From Oscillospiraceae bacterium (GTDB lineage Bacteria; Bacillota; Clostridia; Oscillospirales; Ruminococcaceae), in contig JAEELE010000074.1 of assembly GCA_016288755.1 (NCBI GenBank), positions 32,711 through 96,710 on the forward strand: a stretch of DNA of 64,000 nt, read 5' to 3'. The notes under the pieces were generated by a model. It worked only from the letters and a program-made list of their open reading frames with translations. It did not search any database and had not been told where the DNA came from. The position numbers and the translations under genes are program-made. Positions within the stretch are counted from its first letter, which is position 1; every line of letters starts with the position of its first letter. Of the stretch, positions 43,522 through 53,203 are shown one piece after another.

Positions 43522-43551
43522 ATCCGGCGTTCTCACGGATTCTGAAAGGCG

Positions 43552-44781
43552 GTGAACACTTTGCAGCTCAACGAAAACTGCATGCGGCTCAAGCAGGACT
43601 ATCTGTTCAGCGAGATCGCCGAACGCGCGCGCAGGCATCTGGCGGCGCACCCGGGCGCGGAGCTGCTCAGTCTCGGCATCAACGACGTCACCCGCCCGCT
43701 GGCGCCTGCCGTCTGCGCCGCGATGGCTGCGGCGGCACAGGAAATGCAGTACCCCGCGACCTTCCACGGCTACGGCGACGTGCAGGGCGAACGCTTTCTG
43801 CGCGAGGCGATCGCCGGATATTACCGGCAGCGAAATGTCAGCATCGGCGCCGACGACATTTTCATCGGCGACGGCGCAAAGAGCGACCTCGGCAACCTCT
43901 GCGACCTCTTCGCGCCCGAGAGCACGGTGCTCCTGCCCGACCCGGTCTATCCGGTCTTCTACGACACCAGCGTCATGGCGGGGCGGACGATCCGCTTTCT
44001 CAGCGGCTCGCGCGAAAACGGCTTTCTGCCGATGCCCGACGACAGCGTGCACGCCGATCTGGTCTACCTCTGCTCGCCGAACAACCCCACCGGCGCGGTC
44101 TATACCCGCGCACAGCTGCGGCAGTGGGTCGAATACGCCCACGCGCACAAAGCCTGCATCATCTACGACGCGGCGTATGAGGCATACATCCGCAGCGCCG
44201 CGCTCCCCCGCAGCATCTTCGAGATCGCGGGCGCGGAAACCTGCGCGATCGAGGTCAACTCCTTCTCGAAAACGGCAGGCTTCACCGGCGTCCGGTGCAG
44301 CTGGGTCATTGTGCCGCGCGCGCTGATGCAGGACGGCATCTCGCTGCACCGCCTCTGGAAGCGGCGGCAGGCGACCAAATACAACGGCACCTCGTATATC
44401 GTGCAGCGCGGCGCGGCGGCGGTGTTCACCCCGGCGGGACAGCAGCAGGTGCAGCGCGATATCGACGCCTACATGGAAAACGCGGTCATGATCCGCGATG
44501 CGCTCGAGGTCAGCGGCGTGTTCTCGACCGGCGGCACACATGCGCCCTATGTCTGGATGCAGTGCCCGCACGGCATGAGATCGTGGGACTGCTTCGACAG
44601 CCTGCTCAAACGCTTCGGCATCATTTCGGCGCCGGGTGCGGGCTTCGGCGCACAGGGCGAGGGCTGGCTGCGATTTTCGTCCTTCGGCAGCCGCGAGACG
44701 ATCGAAAAGGCGGCAAAGCGCCTCGCCGACATGGACTGGGACGCCTTCGCGGTCTTTGCGGGCGCTGACGTCAGACTGTAA
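43552..44781 (+). CDS. dapL: LL-diaminopimelate aminotransferase
   Basis: 409 aa: NENCMRLKQDYLFSEI..., LSLGINDVT, SFSKTAGFTGVRCSW (PLP lysine). The start could be GTG 43552 or TTG 43561. Confidence 0.88.
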   Translation: MNTLQLNENCMRLKQDYLFSEIAERARRHLAAHPGAELLSLGINDVTRPLAPAVCAAMAAAAQEMQYPATFHGYGDVQGERFLREAIAGYYRQRNVSIGADDIFIGDGAKSDLGNLCDLFAPESTVLLPDPVYPVFYDTSVMAGRTIRFLSGSRENGFLPMPDDSVHADLVYLCSPNNPTGAVYTRAQLRQWVEYAHAHKACIIYDAAYEAYIRSAALPRSIFEIAGAETCAIEVNSFSKTAGFTGVRCSWVIVPRALMQDGISLHRLWKRRQATKYNGTSYIVQRGAAAVFTPAGQQQVQRDIDAYMENAVMIRDALEVSGVFSTGGTHAPYVWMQCPHGMRSWDCFDSLLKRFGIISAPGAGFGAQGEGWLRFSSFGSRETIEKAAKRLADMDWDAFAVFAGADVRL

Positions 44782-45604
44782 GACGCATGACGATCAGCTC
44801 GGGGCGGTTGAACGCTCGCAGCGGAAACGCGCTGTTGCCGAGCCCGCGGCTGACGACCATCGACGTGCCGCCCTCGGTGAAAACGCCCTCGGTCATATCC
44901 GGGAGCAAGCCCTGATCGGGCGCATAGAGCCCCTGATGCGTGAACGGGATCCGCCACTGTCCGCCGTGTGCATGCCCGGTGAATACCAGATCGACGCCGG
45001 CTGCGGCGTAATCCGGGAGATACTGCGGCTCGTGTGCGAGCAGAATGCGCACGGGTCCGGGCGAATCCTGCACAAGCTGATCGAGCTTGAAGCTGCCGAG
45101 CGAATTGTCGTCGAGCCCGAGCAGCGAGATCTCCGCACCGCCGCGCGTGAGCTGCACGAAGCGGTCGTCGAGGAGCACCGTGCCGGTCTGCGCAATTTTG
45201 TCATAAAAATCCGCCTGCTCCTCAAGGGAGAGCCGGTGCTCGTGGTTGCCGGTGACATAATAGGTCGGCGCGATCTGCGCAAGCTGCCCGACCGTTTTCA
45301 GCGCCGACCGCGTATCGGTGTGCGTGCTTGTGTCCACAACATCGCCGGTGATGACAATGATATCCGGCGACTGCGCCCGGATCGCCTTCAGCAGCGAGGA
45401 ATTGTTCCAGAGGAATTCCTTGTTGTGCAGATCGGACACCTGCACGATGCAGAAGCCTTCAAATTCCGCAGGCAGTGCCGCATTCTGACAGGTCAGCTCC
45501 GTGACGCAGAGGCGGTTGTTCGCGTCAAAGGCGAACGCCAGAAAGCCCAGATACAGCGCAAGGACGATCACTGCTGTTTTGTCGGTTTTCCGTTTCTTCT
45601 TCAT
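44771..45604 (-). CDS. Membrane-anchored metallophosphoesterase (YkuE-like)
   Basis: 277 aa. N-terminal TM helix. Motifs VSDLHN, ITGDVVD, GNHEH and GHAHGG. Confidence 0.88.
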   Translation of the reverse strand: MKKKRKTDKTAVIVLALYLGFLAFAFDANNRLCVTELTCQNAALPAEFEGFCIVQVSDLHNKEFLWNNSSLLKAIRAQSPDIIVITGDVVDTSTHTDTRSALKTVGQLAQIAPTYYVTGNHEHRLSLEEQADFYDKIAQTGTVLLDDRFVQLTRGGAEISLLGLDDNSLGSFKLDQLVQDSPGPVRILLAHEPQYLPDYAAAGVDLVFTGHAHGGQWRIPFTHQGLYAPDQGLLPDMTEGVFTEGGTSMVVSRGLGNSAFPLRAFNRPELIVMRLTV

Positions 45605-45618
45605 ATTTCAAACACTCC

Positions 45619-45654
45619 AAAAATCCGCGCACGGCTTTTGCACCGTGCGCGGAT
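45619..45654 (-). terminator. Intrinsic terminator after the GH9 gene
   Basis: The minus strand reads ATCCGCGCACGG-8 nt-CCGTGCGCGGAT followed by TTTTTGG. Confidence 0.75.
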
Positions 45655-45658
45655 CGCA

Positions 45659-47470
45659 TTACAGGGAGTCGCTCATTCCCGCAAGATATTCAAGGATGCA
45701 GGTCAGATCGTCGCTTGTCACGTCACTGTCGGTGTTGACATTGGCATTGAGCTTGCCCTGCGCGGTCACCGTCACATCGTGGTCCTCCGCGAGGAAGCGC
45801 GCCAGCAGCACGCAGTCCGCGACATTGACATCGCCGCTGCAGTCGACATCGCCGGGCGTCCGGGTGCCGGGCTGCGGGGTCGTTGTGGTCTCGGAGGTTG
45901 TGGTCGTCGTCGTGGTCGTGGTCGTCTCGGTCGTGGTCGTTTCCTGCGTCTGCTGCGAATCGCCGAACACAAACGACTCGTTGATCTCAGAAGCATTCTG
46001 CGCAACGGTCTTCATCGCGGAAGCATCGCCGCCGTAGAGGGAATACAGACCGGTGATCGCAAGCGCAAAGCAGGCGTTGTAGTCCAGCGCAGGCTCGGTG
46101 TACTGATACTTGTCGGCATGGTCCTCATAGCCGTTGTTGTCCGGACCGCCGACCATCGTGCCGTAAGGCGTGAACTTGATCTCGGGGTTCGACGCAAGCG
46201 ACTGCCCCTCCGAAAGATGCGCCGCCGCGCGGTGGTGGATATGCGTCGGCCACTTGCTGCCGTAGCCGACCACAAAGCTGTACCCATAGCTGTTGTTGCC
46301 GAGGATGTAGTCCATCTGGTATTTCGCCGCTTTTGCGTACTCAGAATCCTTGTCATCGCCGGCAGCCGTGAGCGCATCCATCTGGAGTGCGCAGTTGTAA
46401 CGGGAGTTGCCCCAGCCTGCATTGCCGTTGTAGGAGCTTGTGGAAAGACCGCCTGCATTCTTCATTTCGTAGATCAGCTCGTTCTTCCAGACTTCTTCGC
46501 CGGTCTTTTTGTACATCATCGCGGCATAGCCCTGCCAGGTCTTGTCCCATGTGAACTTCCAGCCGTCGTACTGACCGCCGGTGTAGGCTCCGTTTCCGGT
46601 AAGCTGCATCGAGGAACCGCTGCCCTCGCCGAGCAGCATGAGCCATGTATCGCACATGGCCTGCTCATCCTGATACTGCGCATCGGTGGAATAGAAGCTC
46701 ATGCCGTCGCAGTTGTTTCCGGTGTGCTGCGTGCCGAACGCCTCAAGCGCCTTGGCATATTTGATACACTTCTGCGCGTAGGCGGGGTCGGAATCCTTGA
46801 CAACATAAGCCGTGCCCGCCAGACCGGCTGCCATTTCACAGCAGACAGCAGAATTGTTTTTCGAGGCGGTCAGCCAATAGACCGTGCGCGCATAGGTCTG
46901 CTCCTCGGGCGGCGTAAAGATGCCGTGGTCGGTGTTGCCGTCGCCGACGGTACCCGCAACTGCAACAACATTGCCGCTCTCGTCGAGGAAGGTGGTCTTC
47001 ATCAGATAATCCGCACCGCGGCGAAGCACATAGATCAGGTGATCCTTGCAGCCCGCCTTCGCATAGACGCCCTCGCGCAGATACTCCGAGAGCGCGAGAC
47101 CGTTCAGCGCAAAGCCGATCGTGACGTTGAACTTCACATGGTCGCCGGCGTCATGATAGCCGCCGCTGAGATCGACATTGCCGTCGCCGTCCGGGTCGAC
47201 ATACTGCCGGATCGAGCCGTCGACGCCGCTTGCCGCACCCTGTCCGTCATAGGTGTGGCAGTCACCGCGCCATGTCAGCGGTCCGCCGGTGATGCCGGAG
47301 CCGCAGGCATTCGAGTCGTAGAAGTAGAGCGACATCGCGAGCGCTTCCCCGTAGTTGGGGTCTCCCGCATCTGCCGCGGCAGTCATCGGCGAATACGCCG
47401 CAGCGGTGCTCCCGAGCATGGCGGCACAGAGTATGCCGGCTGTCAGGCGCTTTTTGAATTGGTGCTTCAT
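45659..47470 (-). CDS. Cellulosomal GH9 endoglucanase (GH9 - Thr linker - dockerin)
   Basis: The ATG at 47470 follows GGGAGGAAA. Signal peptide. HDAGDHVKFNV and VVGYGSKWPTHIHHRAA. Dockerin GDVDCSGDVNVADCVLLARFLAED...VTSDDLTCILEYLA. Confidence 0.9.
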   Translation of the reverse strand: MKHQFKKRLTAGILCAAMLGSTAAAYSPMTAAADAGDPNYGEALAMSLYFYDSNACGSGITGGPLTWRGDCHTYDGQGAASGVDGSIRQYVDPDGDGNVDLSGGYHDAGDHVKFNVTIGFALNGLALSEYLREGVYAKAGCKDHLIYVLRRGADYLMKTTFLDESGNVVAVAGTVGDGNTDHGIFTPPEEQTYARTVYWLTASKNNSAVCCEMAAGLAGTAYVVKDSDPAYAQKCIKYAKALEAFGTQHTGNNCDGMSFYSTDAQYQDEQAMCDTWLMLLGEGSGSSMQLTGNGAYTGGQYDGWKFTWDKTWQGYAAMMYKKTGEEVWKNELIYEMKNAGGLSTSSYNGNAGWGNSRYNCALQMDALTAAGDDKDSEYAKAAKYQMDYILGNNSYGYSFVVGYGSKWPTHIHHRAAAHLSEGQSLASNPEIKFTPYGTMVGGPDNNGYEDHADKYQYTEPALDYNACFALAITGLYSLYGGDASAMKTVAQNASEINESFVFGDSQQTQETTTTETTTTTTTTTTSETTTTPQPGTRTPGDVDCSGDVNVADCVLLARFLAEDHDVTVTAQGKLNANVNTDSDVTSDDLTCILEYLAGMSDSL

Positions 47471-47533
47471 GGTAATTTCCTCCCTTTTTACATCAGCTGA
47501 TTGTTTTTTCGCTGACATTTGTATATGCGAACG

Positions 47534-47561
47534 CGGATACGGTCATTTCCGACCGTATCCG
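47534..47561 (-). other. Intercistronic hairpin without a U-tract between two GH9 genes
   Basis: CGGATACGGTC-atttcc-GACCGTATCCG (11 bp stem). No T-run follows on either strand. Confidence 0.5.
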
Positions 47562-47600
47562 TGTTGCTGCTATGGGAATTTGCCGTTTCCGGCAGTCATC

Positions 47601-49862
47601 TTACAGGCTCTTGCGGATGCCTGCAAGATACTCGAGGATCGCCGTCAGGTCGCCTGCACCGATGCCGGAGACACCGTCGCAGTCCGCATTGAGCTTGCCG
47701 ATCGAGGAAACGGTGATCTCCTTGTCCTCGGCATTGAAGCGTGCGAGCAGAACTGCGTCTGCAACCGTGACCTGATTATCGCAGTCGACGTCGCCGAGCA
47801 TGGTGGGCTGGTTATTCGAGGGCTGCGGGGTCGTGGTGGTCGTCGTGGTCGTGGTGGTCGTGGTGGTCGTTGTCTCGGTGGTGGGCTTGGTGGTGGAGGT
47901 CGCACCGTCAAGATAGAACTTCACGGAGTCGATCTTGAATTCCTGGCAGTCGACCCACCAGAAGCCGACCTTCAGAGAACCGTCGTAGTTATACTGAATG
48001 ATGTTTGCGACGCTGGAGGACGGCTCCCAGCTGATCGTGCCGCTGGTGCCGCTGATCGTCTGGGTGATCTCGTCGCTCATGTACCAGTAGCCGTCTGCTT
48101 CCACGGTGGTGGAGGTGCCGAATGCGCCGACATACTTGTTGATGCTCTGACCGTTGGTCGAGGAGATGTTGACTTCGACCTTCTTGATCTTCGCGGTGGA
48201 GCCTTCCAGACCGAAATCCTTATACGGGAATTCGACCATGCGCTTGTCCTCAGGCAGTGCCTGCAGCCCGCTGATGGTGTAGGACTTGCCGACCTTGACC
48301 TCGACGGTATCGCCGTTGACGCTCGGGGTGTCCGAACCGCCGGTGACGATCGGCTCAGTGCCCTGCTTCGGGGTCGTGGTGGTCTCCTGCGGCTGATCGG
48401 AGGACGGGGTCGTGGTGATCGAGGAACCGTCATCGAGCACGACGCTCTTCACGCCGGTGATGTTGGAATCGGGCGTGCCGGACTTGGCTGCTGCGCACAG
48501 ACCTGCTGCTGCGCCGACGAGACATGCGTTGTAGTCAACAGCGACCTCGTTGCCGACATAGTCCTGCACGGAATCCGTGTAGACCAGCGGGCCGGAGCCG
48601 TCTTCGTTCTGTGCGTAGGGACCGCCTGCAAGTGCGCCGATCAGCATCTTGCCGTTGGGACCGTACTGGGTATTCTTGCCGAGCTCATCGTAGTTGTTGT
48701 AGCCGGATGCTGCTCTGTAGTGTGCATTCTTGGTGGAATTGGAGGCGTAGCCGGTCACGAAGCAGGTATTGAACGGGTTCTGACCGAGGATGTAGCTCAT
48801 CTGACCCTGGCACCAGGAATTGAAGCTGCCGTGACCGCGCTTGGTCGCGACCAGTGCTGCCAGCTGCATGCCGCAGTTCAGTCTTGCGCTGCCCCATCTG
48901 TCAAGGTGATAGTAGCCGTCCTTCATCTTGCTGCTCATGGAACCTTCCATCCAGGAGGTAACGCCGTTCCACTCGCCGGTGATCTCAGCGCGCAGGATCT
49001 CTGCGCCCTGTGCGACGGTGTTCCAGTTGTGGACCCAGCCGAGATACTGCTCTCTGTGCGCAACCATCTCTTCCTTGTAGTAGTTATCCTTCGTTGCGAG
49101 ATAGAGCCATGCTGCAGCCCACTCCTGCTCGTCCTTCGCGCTCGCGTTGCTGCCTGCATAGTAGAAGGTCTGACCGTTCTCTGTCGGACCGTTGGTCTCG
49201 ATCTTGTTGTACTGCGTGGAGAACTTGTACAGCGCCTTAGCGACCTTCAGGGACTCCTCATCGCCGTAGAACAGATAATCCTGTGCGAGCGCTGCCGCGT
49301 AGTCGCCTGCGATGTCGCTGGCACTGTTGGTGGTCCAGTACATCTTTCTGCCGCCCGGCTGATTCTCAGGCGCGCCCCAGTAGGAGTGATCCTCCACGCC
49401 GGAGCCCTTCTGATACAGGAACTCGGAAACGCTGTCGCCGTTCATCTTGACGGATGCCTTGAAGAAATTGGTGAAGTGCTTGAAAATGGTCTTGAAGTGT
49501 GTTTCCTGCTTTGCCTGCTTGAACGCCTCCGGAAACTCGTAGTACGCCCAGCCGATGGTCGATGCGGCATAGCCCTGCGGCAGACCGAACATTGCATGGT
49601 CGCCGGCATCGTGATAGCCGCCGGGAACCGCGTCGTCGGTGTGGCAGTTGCCGCGCCATGACATTGCGCCCTGCGACTCGACGTCCTTGCCGCACATGTT
49701 GGCGTCAAAGAAGTACAGAGAATACTGCAGGAGTCTTGCGTAGTTGGCATCGGCTGCCTTTGCCGGTTCCGGGGTCGTGCTGCCGGGAAGCGCGAAGCAT
49801 CCGAGTGCGAGCACCGCTCCGGTACACAGTGCGCCCATGCGTTGGGTAAAGGTTCTGATCAT
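47601..49862 (-). CDS. Cellulosomal GH9 endoglucanase with an unassigned ~140 aa module (GH9 - X - Thr linker - dockerin)
   Basis: 753 aa. Signal peptide. GGYHDAGDHAMFGLP and FVTGYASNSTKNAHYRAASG. A module at nt ~47900-48320. A run of 14 Thr within a longer Thr-rich linker. Dockerin GDVDCDNQVTVADAVLLARFNAED...GAGDLTAILEYLA. Confidence 0.9.
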   Translation of the reverse strand: MIRTFTQRMGALCTGAVLALGCFALPGSTTPEPAKAADANYARLLQYSLYFFDANMCGKDVESQGAMSWRGNCHTDDAVPGGYHDAGDHAMFGLPQGYAASTIGWAYYEFPEAFKQAKQETHFKTIFKHFTNFFKASVKMNGDSVSEFLYQKGSGVEDHSYWGAPENQPGGRKMYWTTNSASDIAGDYAAALAQDYLFYGDEESLKVAKALYKFSTQYNKIETNGPTENGQTFYYAGSNASAKDEQEWAAAWLYLATKDNYYKEEMVAHREQYLGWVHNWNTVAQGAEILRAEITGEWNGVTSWMEGSMSSKMKDGYYHLDRWGSARLNCGMQLAALVATKRGHGSFNSWCQGQMSYILGQNPFNTCFVTGYASNSTKNAHYRAASGYNNYDELGKNTQYGPNGKMLIGALAGGPYAQNEDGSGPLVYTDSVQDYVGNEVAVDYNACLVGAAAGLCAAAKSGTPDSNITGVKSVVLDDGSSITTTPSSDQPQETTTTPKQGTEPIVTGGSDTPSVNGDTVEVKVGKSYTISGLQALPEDKRMVEFPYKDFGLEGSTAKIKKVEVNISSTNGQSINKYVGAFGTSTTVEADGYWYMSDEITQTISGTSGTISWEPSSSVANIIQYNYDGSLKVGFWWVDCQEFKIDSVKFYLDGATSTTKPTTETTTTTTTTTTTTTTTPQPSNNQPTMLGDVDCDNQVTVADAVLLARFNAEDKEITVSSIGKLNADCDGVSGIGAGDLTAILEYLAGIRKSL

Positions 49863-50182
49863 GTGAATTCCCCTCTCGAAAAATAGTTTTTTCCAAAAAT
49901 CCCTCTCATTTTTGGGTCGGTAAGCCCGACACTTTCATTATATCCGAAAACAGATAGTATTATATGGAATTTCCATGAACTTTTCGTGAACAGTTTTTTA
50001 ATTCTTCCATTTATTGCGGAGTTTTTTCCGTGGATTTGCACAAAGCAGCACGTTCCGTTTTGTTTAGTTTTTCAATCGTCATAATTCGCAAGATGCTCCA
50101 AATTGAGCTGTCCGCGGCAAAAACAGCCTCATTCCGTAAAACGCACGCAGAATTATACAGATTGTATATTCCAGACAAAGAT

Positions 50183-50213
50183 AAGCTGCCGGCACAACCG
50201 ATGCCGGCAGCTT
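50183..50213 (-). terminator. Terminator-like hairpin after the small ORF
   Basis: AAGCTGCCGGCA-7 nt-TGCCGGCAGCTT (12 bp stem), followed by ATCTTTGTCT on the minus strand. Confidence 0.55.
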
Positions 50214-50229
50214 TGGGATCAGAACGCTG

Positions 50230-50502
50230 TCAGTTTTCGCGCAGCACAAAGATCATCTTGACCATTGCGCCGTTTTCGGTCACGAGCAGCTCGCGCGACA
50301 AGCCGCCGCGCTTGACGTCCCTGACCCAGTCATTGCGGGTGCGCACCTGAATTTTGCGGTCGATGAGCCAGTTCTGGATGTACTCGCTCGCGGCGCGCTT
50401 TGCCGGACCGATCATCTCGGCGTCGAAGCTGCCGACCGCCTCCTCGTCGGAAAACTCGTTGACCCCGAGCTTGCGGATGACGGTGATGGTGTATTGATTC
50501 AT
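50230..50502 (-). CDS. Small hypothetical protein (90 aa), apparently monocistronic
   Basis: The ORF has its own consensus promoter, an SD (GAGG 8 nt before the ATG) and a downstream hairpin. No recognisable family. Confidence 0.55.
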   Translation of the reverse strand: MNQYTITVIRKLGVNEFSDEEAVGSFDAEMIGPAKRAASEYIQNWLIDRKIQVRTRNDWVRDVKRGGLSRELLVTENGAMVKMIFVLREN

Positions 50503-50553
50503 ACAGATCGCCTCGTTTCGGCTGAATTACGGGACTTTGAGCCCCGCAGCTTC

Positions 50554-50582
50554 ATTGTATCACGGACTGCGCGGTTTGTCAA
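50554..50582 (-). promoter_or_regulatory. Sigma-A type promoter of the small ORF
   Basis: Minus strand: TTGACA (50577-50582), 17 nt spacer, TACAAT (50554-50559). Confidence 0.65.
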
Positions 50583-50587
50583 GCGGT

Positions 50588-53203
50588 TCAGTCAAATCCG
50601 CGCAGCGACTCGACGATCGGCTCGCGCTGCATGCGTCCGAGCGGGAGCAGTGCCGCGATCACGGCGACCGCAAACGCGCAGACCGCTGCTATGCCGATGA
50701 CCGGCAGCGGCTTTGTGTAGGTCAGCCCGAGCTGATCTGCCAGCTCCGGCAGCCCGACCGCGTTGACCAGCTTGCGCATCGCGAAGACCGCCCCCATTGT
50801 GAAGACCAGCGCCAGCACGATGCCGCCGATGACAAACTGCACGCATTCGCAGAGCACCAGCCCGAGCTGCTGCCTGCGCGTCATGCCGACCGACTGCATG
50901 CCCGCCAGCTCCGATCTGCGGTTGAGGATGCCCGTCGAAATGACATTGATCATGCTGACCGCTGCGATCATCGAAATCAGGAGCGACAGCACGCGGATGG
51001 TCAGATCGACCGCTGCCGTGCCCGTCTCGATCTGCCGCACCATGCTGTAGTAATCCTCATGTTCCTCATACTGATAGCGCGGGTGCGTCTTAATCCACTC
51101 CAATGCCGCGGAATAGCTGTCATCGTCCTTGAAATCCAGCGCGAAGGTATACTCGGCATGCTGGAGGGAGGTCAGCATCTCGTTCTCCATATAGACATCG
51201 ACCGTGGAGACAAGGAAGGTGATGCCGTATTCCGTAAACAGCGTCGATTTTTTGCTCTGCTGCCCGGCTATTTCAGCGGTGAATGCCTTGTTGACGATCT
51301 CGCCGTCCGCTTCGATCGGCTGCTTTTTTTCCGCGTCCCAGCCGACGAATGACGTGAAGAAATGCGGTCCGTCCGCTTCCGGCTCGTATTCCTCCCCTTC
51401 TGCCTCTGCCGCCTTTCGCTTCTCCTCCTGCTGTGCCTCCCATTCTGCGACCTTCTCTGCGCGGCGCTCGTCGGAGAGCGGAACGATCGCACTCAGCGCG
51501 ACCGTCAGCCTGTTGTCGTGGATCGGCAGTGTTTCAGGCGCAGGTAACTGCTTGCCCGTGATGAGCACATAACGCCTGCTCTGCGTCAGCTCCTGATAGG
51601 AGATCTGCGGTTCGCCGTCAAAATAATTGTTATAATCCTCTTCATTCAGATAGATGAAATAGTACATGCCGCCCATTTCCGGCAGGGAGTAATTCTCGTC
51701 AGCCTGTGCCTTTGCAGCCTCGGGGATATCCTCCGGATTATCGACACGACTGAGCTTTTCTCCGCCGTACACGCCGTACAGCACGCGCGCCGACTTGAAA
51801 TAGCCGGTGTCACTGAGCTCCTTCTCGAGCTGCTTTCCGGCATCCTTTCCGATCGAATCGGCATAGCCCTCGATCATCATCTGGCACTCCACTCCGGTGA
51901 CTGCACCGAATTCGGAGACCGCGGCAGTTGCGATTCTGCGGTAGCTGTCTGCCGCATAGGAGACCGTTGCGACCAGCGTGACCGACACCGCCAGCGACAG
52001 AATCGTCACGACATAGCGCTTCTTGCTTCTGCGGACATTTCTTGCCGCAAGTGCCCCGACCCATCCGAACAGCAGCCCGAAGACCGAGTGCTTTTTGACC
52101 TTTCTGATCTTCGACTGCGACGCGCGCACCGCCTCGATCGGCGCCTTCTTCTTCACCATGCGCAAGCCCGTGCCGTATGCCGAGAGCAGCACCCAGCCAA
52201 GACCCGTGATCGCCGCGGTAATCAGCCCGCCGGCGCCGACCTTGAAGATCACGTCGTCCATGCCGTGCTCGCCCCATGTCCAGTAGATCACCTTGGTCGA
52301 GAGCACGACGCGGTAGGTCAGGTAGGCAAAGCCGATGCCGAGGCAGAGCCCGAGCGGCACGCCGATCACGGAGAGCTGCAGCCCCTCCCGCGTGATGATG
52401 CGGACGATCTGCTTTTTCGTCGCGCCGATGGACTGGAGCACGCCGAACTGCCGCTCCCGCTCGCGCGAGGAGATCTCAAACGCGGTGTCGATCACCATGC
52501 GCAGTGCCATTGCGAAGAGCACGACCAGCACAAAGACCAGCGTGAACATCATCGCCATGCTGAATTTGCCGTCCATGCCGATGTAATCAAAAATGATCAG
52601 CTCATCGTTGCGGAGCTGGTGGATCTCGCCGGAGAGACCTGCGTTGTTGATCGCATCGGTCACGACGCTGTAGGGCTCCATCATCCCCTCCTTCAGGCGG
52701 AAGGCATAGTTGATGTAGACCGGCTTTGCGCCCTTTTCCGGGACCCGGATCACCGAGGAGCCGGACTGCATCCGCAATTCTCTGCTTTCGGCGCTGCCCG
52801 GGTCTGAAAGCGCAGCAAGCTCCTCCTCCGAATACTTCTTATATGCGAGATAGTAGTTATAGACCGACTTCATCGGCGAATACTCGACGTATCTGCCGGG
52901 CTTCTCCGGCGTGTAATACTGATCGGGCTCGAAATAGCCGCAGTCGGCGATCGCCGGCGACGCCCGCAGCTCGTCCAGAAGTGATTCCGGGATGACCTTC
53001 TCGGAGAGCAGCACCGTGTGGAACGGCATCTCCGTGTTGATGATGTGCGTGCGCTCCGAGGCGAACATCGTCTGCACGAGAATGAAGATCATCGCCATCA
53101 TCGCGACCGCGATCGTGATGCTGCAAACGGTCAGCAGGCTGTGCCGCTTCTGCGAGAAGATATAGCGCCGGGCGAGCGTTCCCTCAAACCGCATTGTCCT
53201 CAC
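50588..53203 (-). CDS. ABC transporter permease, FtsX/MacB family with two FtsX domains and large extracytoplasmic regions
   Basis: 871 aa. Two 4-TM FtsX-type bundles (around aa 230-350 and 740-860) separated by long hydrophilic segments. Its start overlaps the ATPase gene end. Confidence 0.85.
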   Translation of the reverse strand: MRTMRFEGTLARRYIFSQKRHSLLTVCSITIAVAMMAMIFILVQTMFASERTHIINTEMPFHTVLLSEKVIPESLLDELRASPAIADCGYFEPDQYYTPEKPGRYVEYSPMKSVYNYYLAYKKYSEEELAALSDPGSAESRELRMQSGSSVIRVPEKGAKPVYINYAFRLKEGMMEPYSVVTDAINNAGLSGEIHQLRNDELIIFDYIGMDGKFSMAMMFTLVFVLVVLFAMALRMVIDTAFEISSRERERQFGVLQSIGATKKQIVRIITREGLQLSVIGVPLGLCLGIGFAYLTYRVVLSTKVIYWTWGEHGMDDVIFKVGAGGLITAAITGLGWVLLSAYGTGLRMVKKKAPIEAVRASQSKIRKVKKHSVFGLLFGWVGALAARNVRRSKKRYVVTILSLAVSVTLVATVSYAADSYRRIATAAVSEFGAVTGVECQMMIEGYADSIGKDAGKQLEKELSDTGYFKSARVLYGVYGGEKLSRVDNPEDIPEAAKAQADENYSLPEMGGMYYFIYLNEEDYNNYFDGEPQISYQELTQSRRYVLITGKQLPAPETLPIHDNRLTVALSAIVPLSDERRAEKVAEWEAQQEEKRKAAEAEGEEYEPEADGPHFFTSFVGWDAEKKQPIEADGEIVNKAFTAEIAGQQSKKSTLFTEYGITFLVSTVDVYMENEMLTSLQHAEYTFALDFKDDDSYSAALEWIKTHPRYQYEEHEDYYSMVRQIETGTAAVDLTIRVLSLLISMIAAVSMINVISTGILNRRSELAGMQSVGMTRRQQLGLVLCECVQFVIGGIVLALVFTMGAVFAMRKLVNAVGLPELADQLGLTYTKPLPVIGIAAVCAFAVAVIAALLPLGRMQREPIVESLRGFD

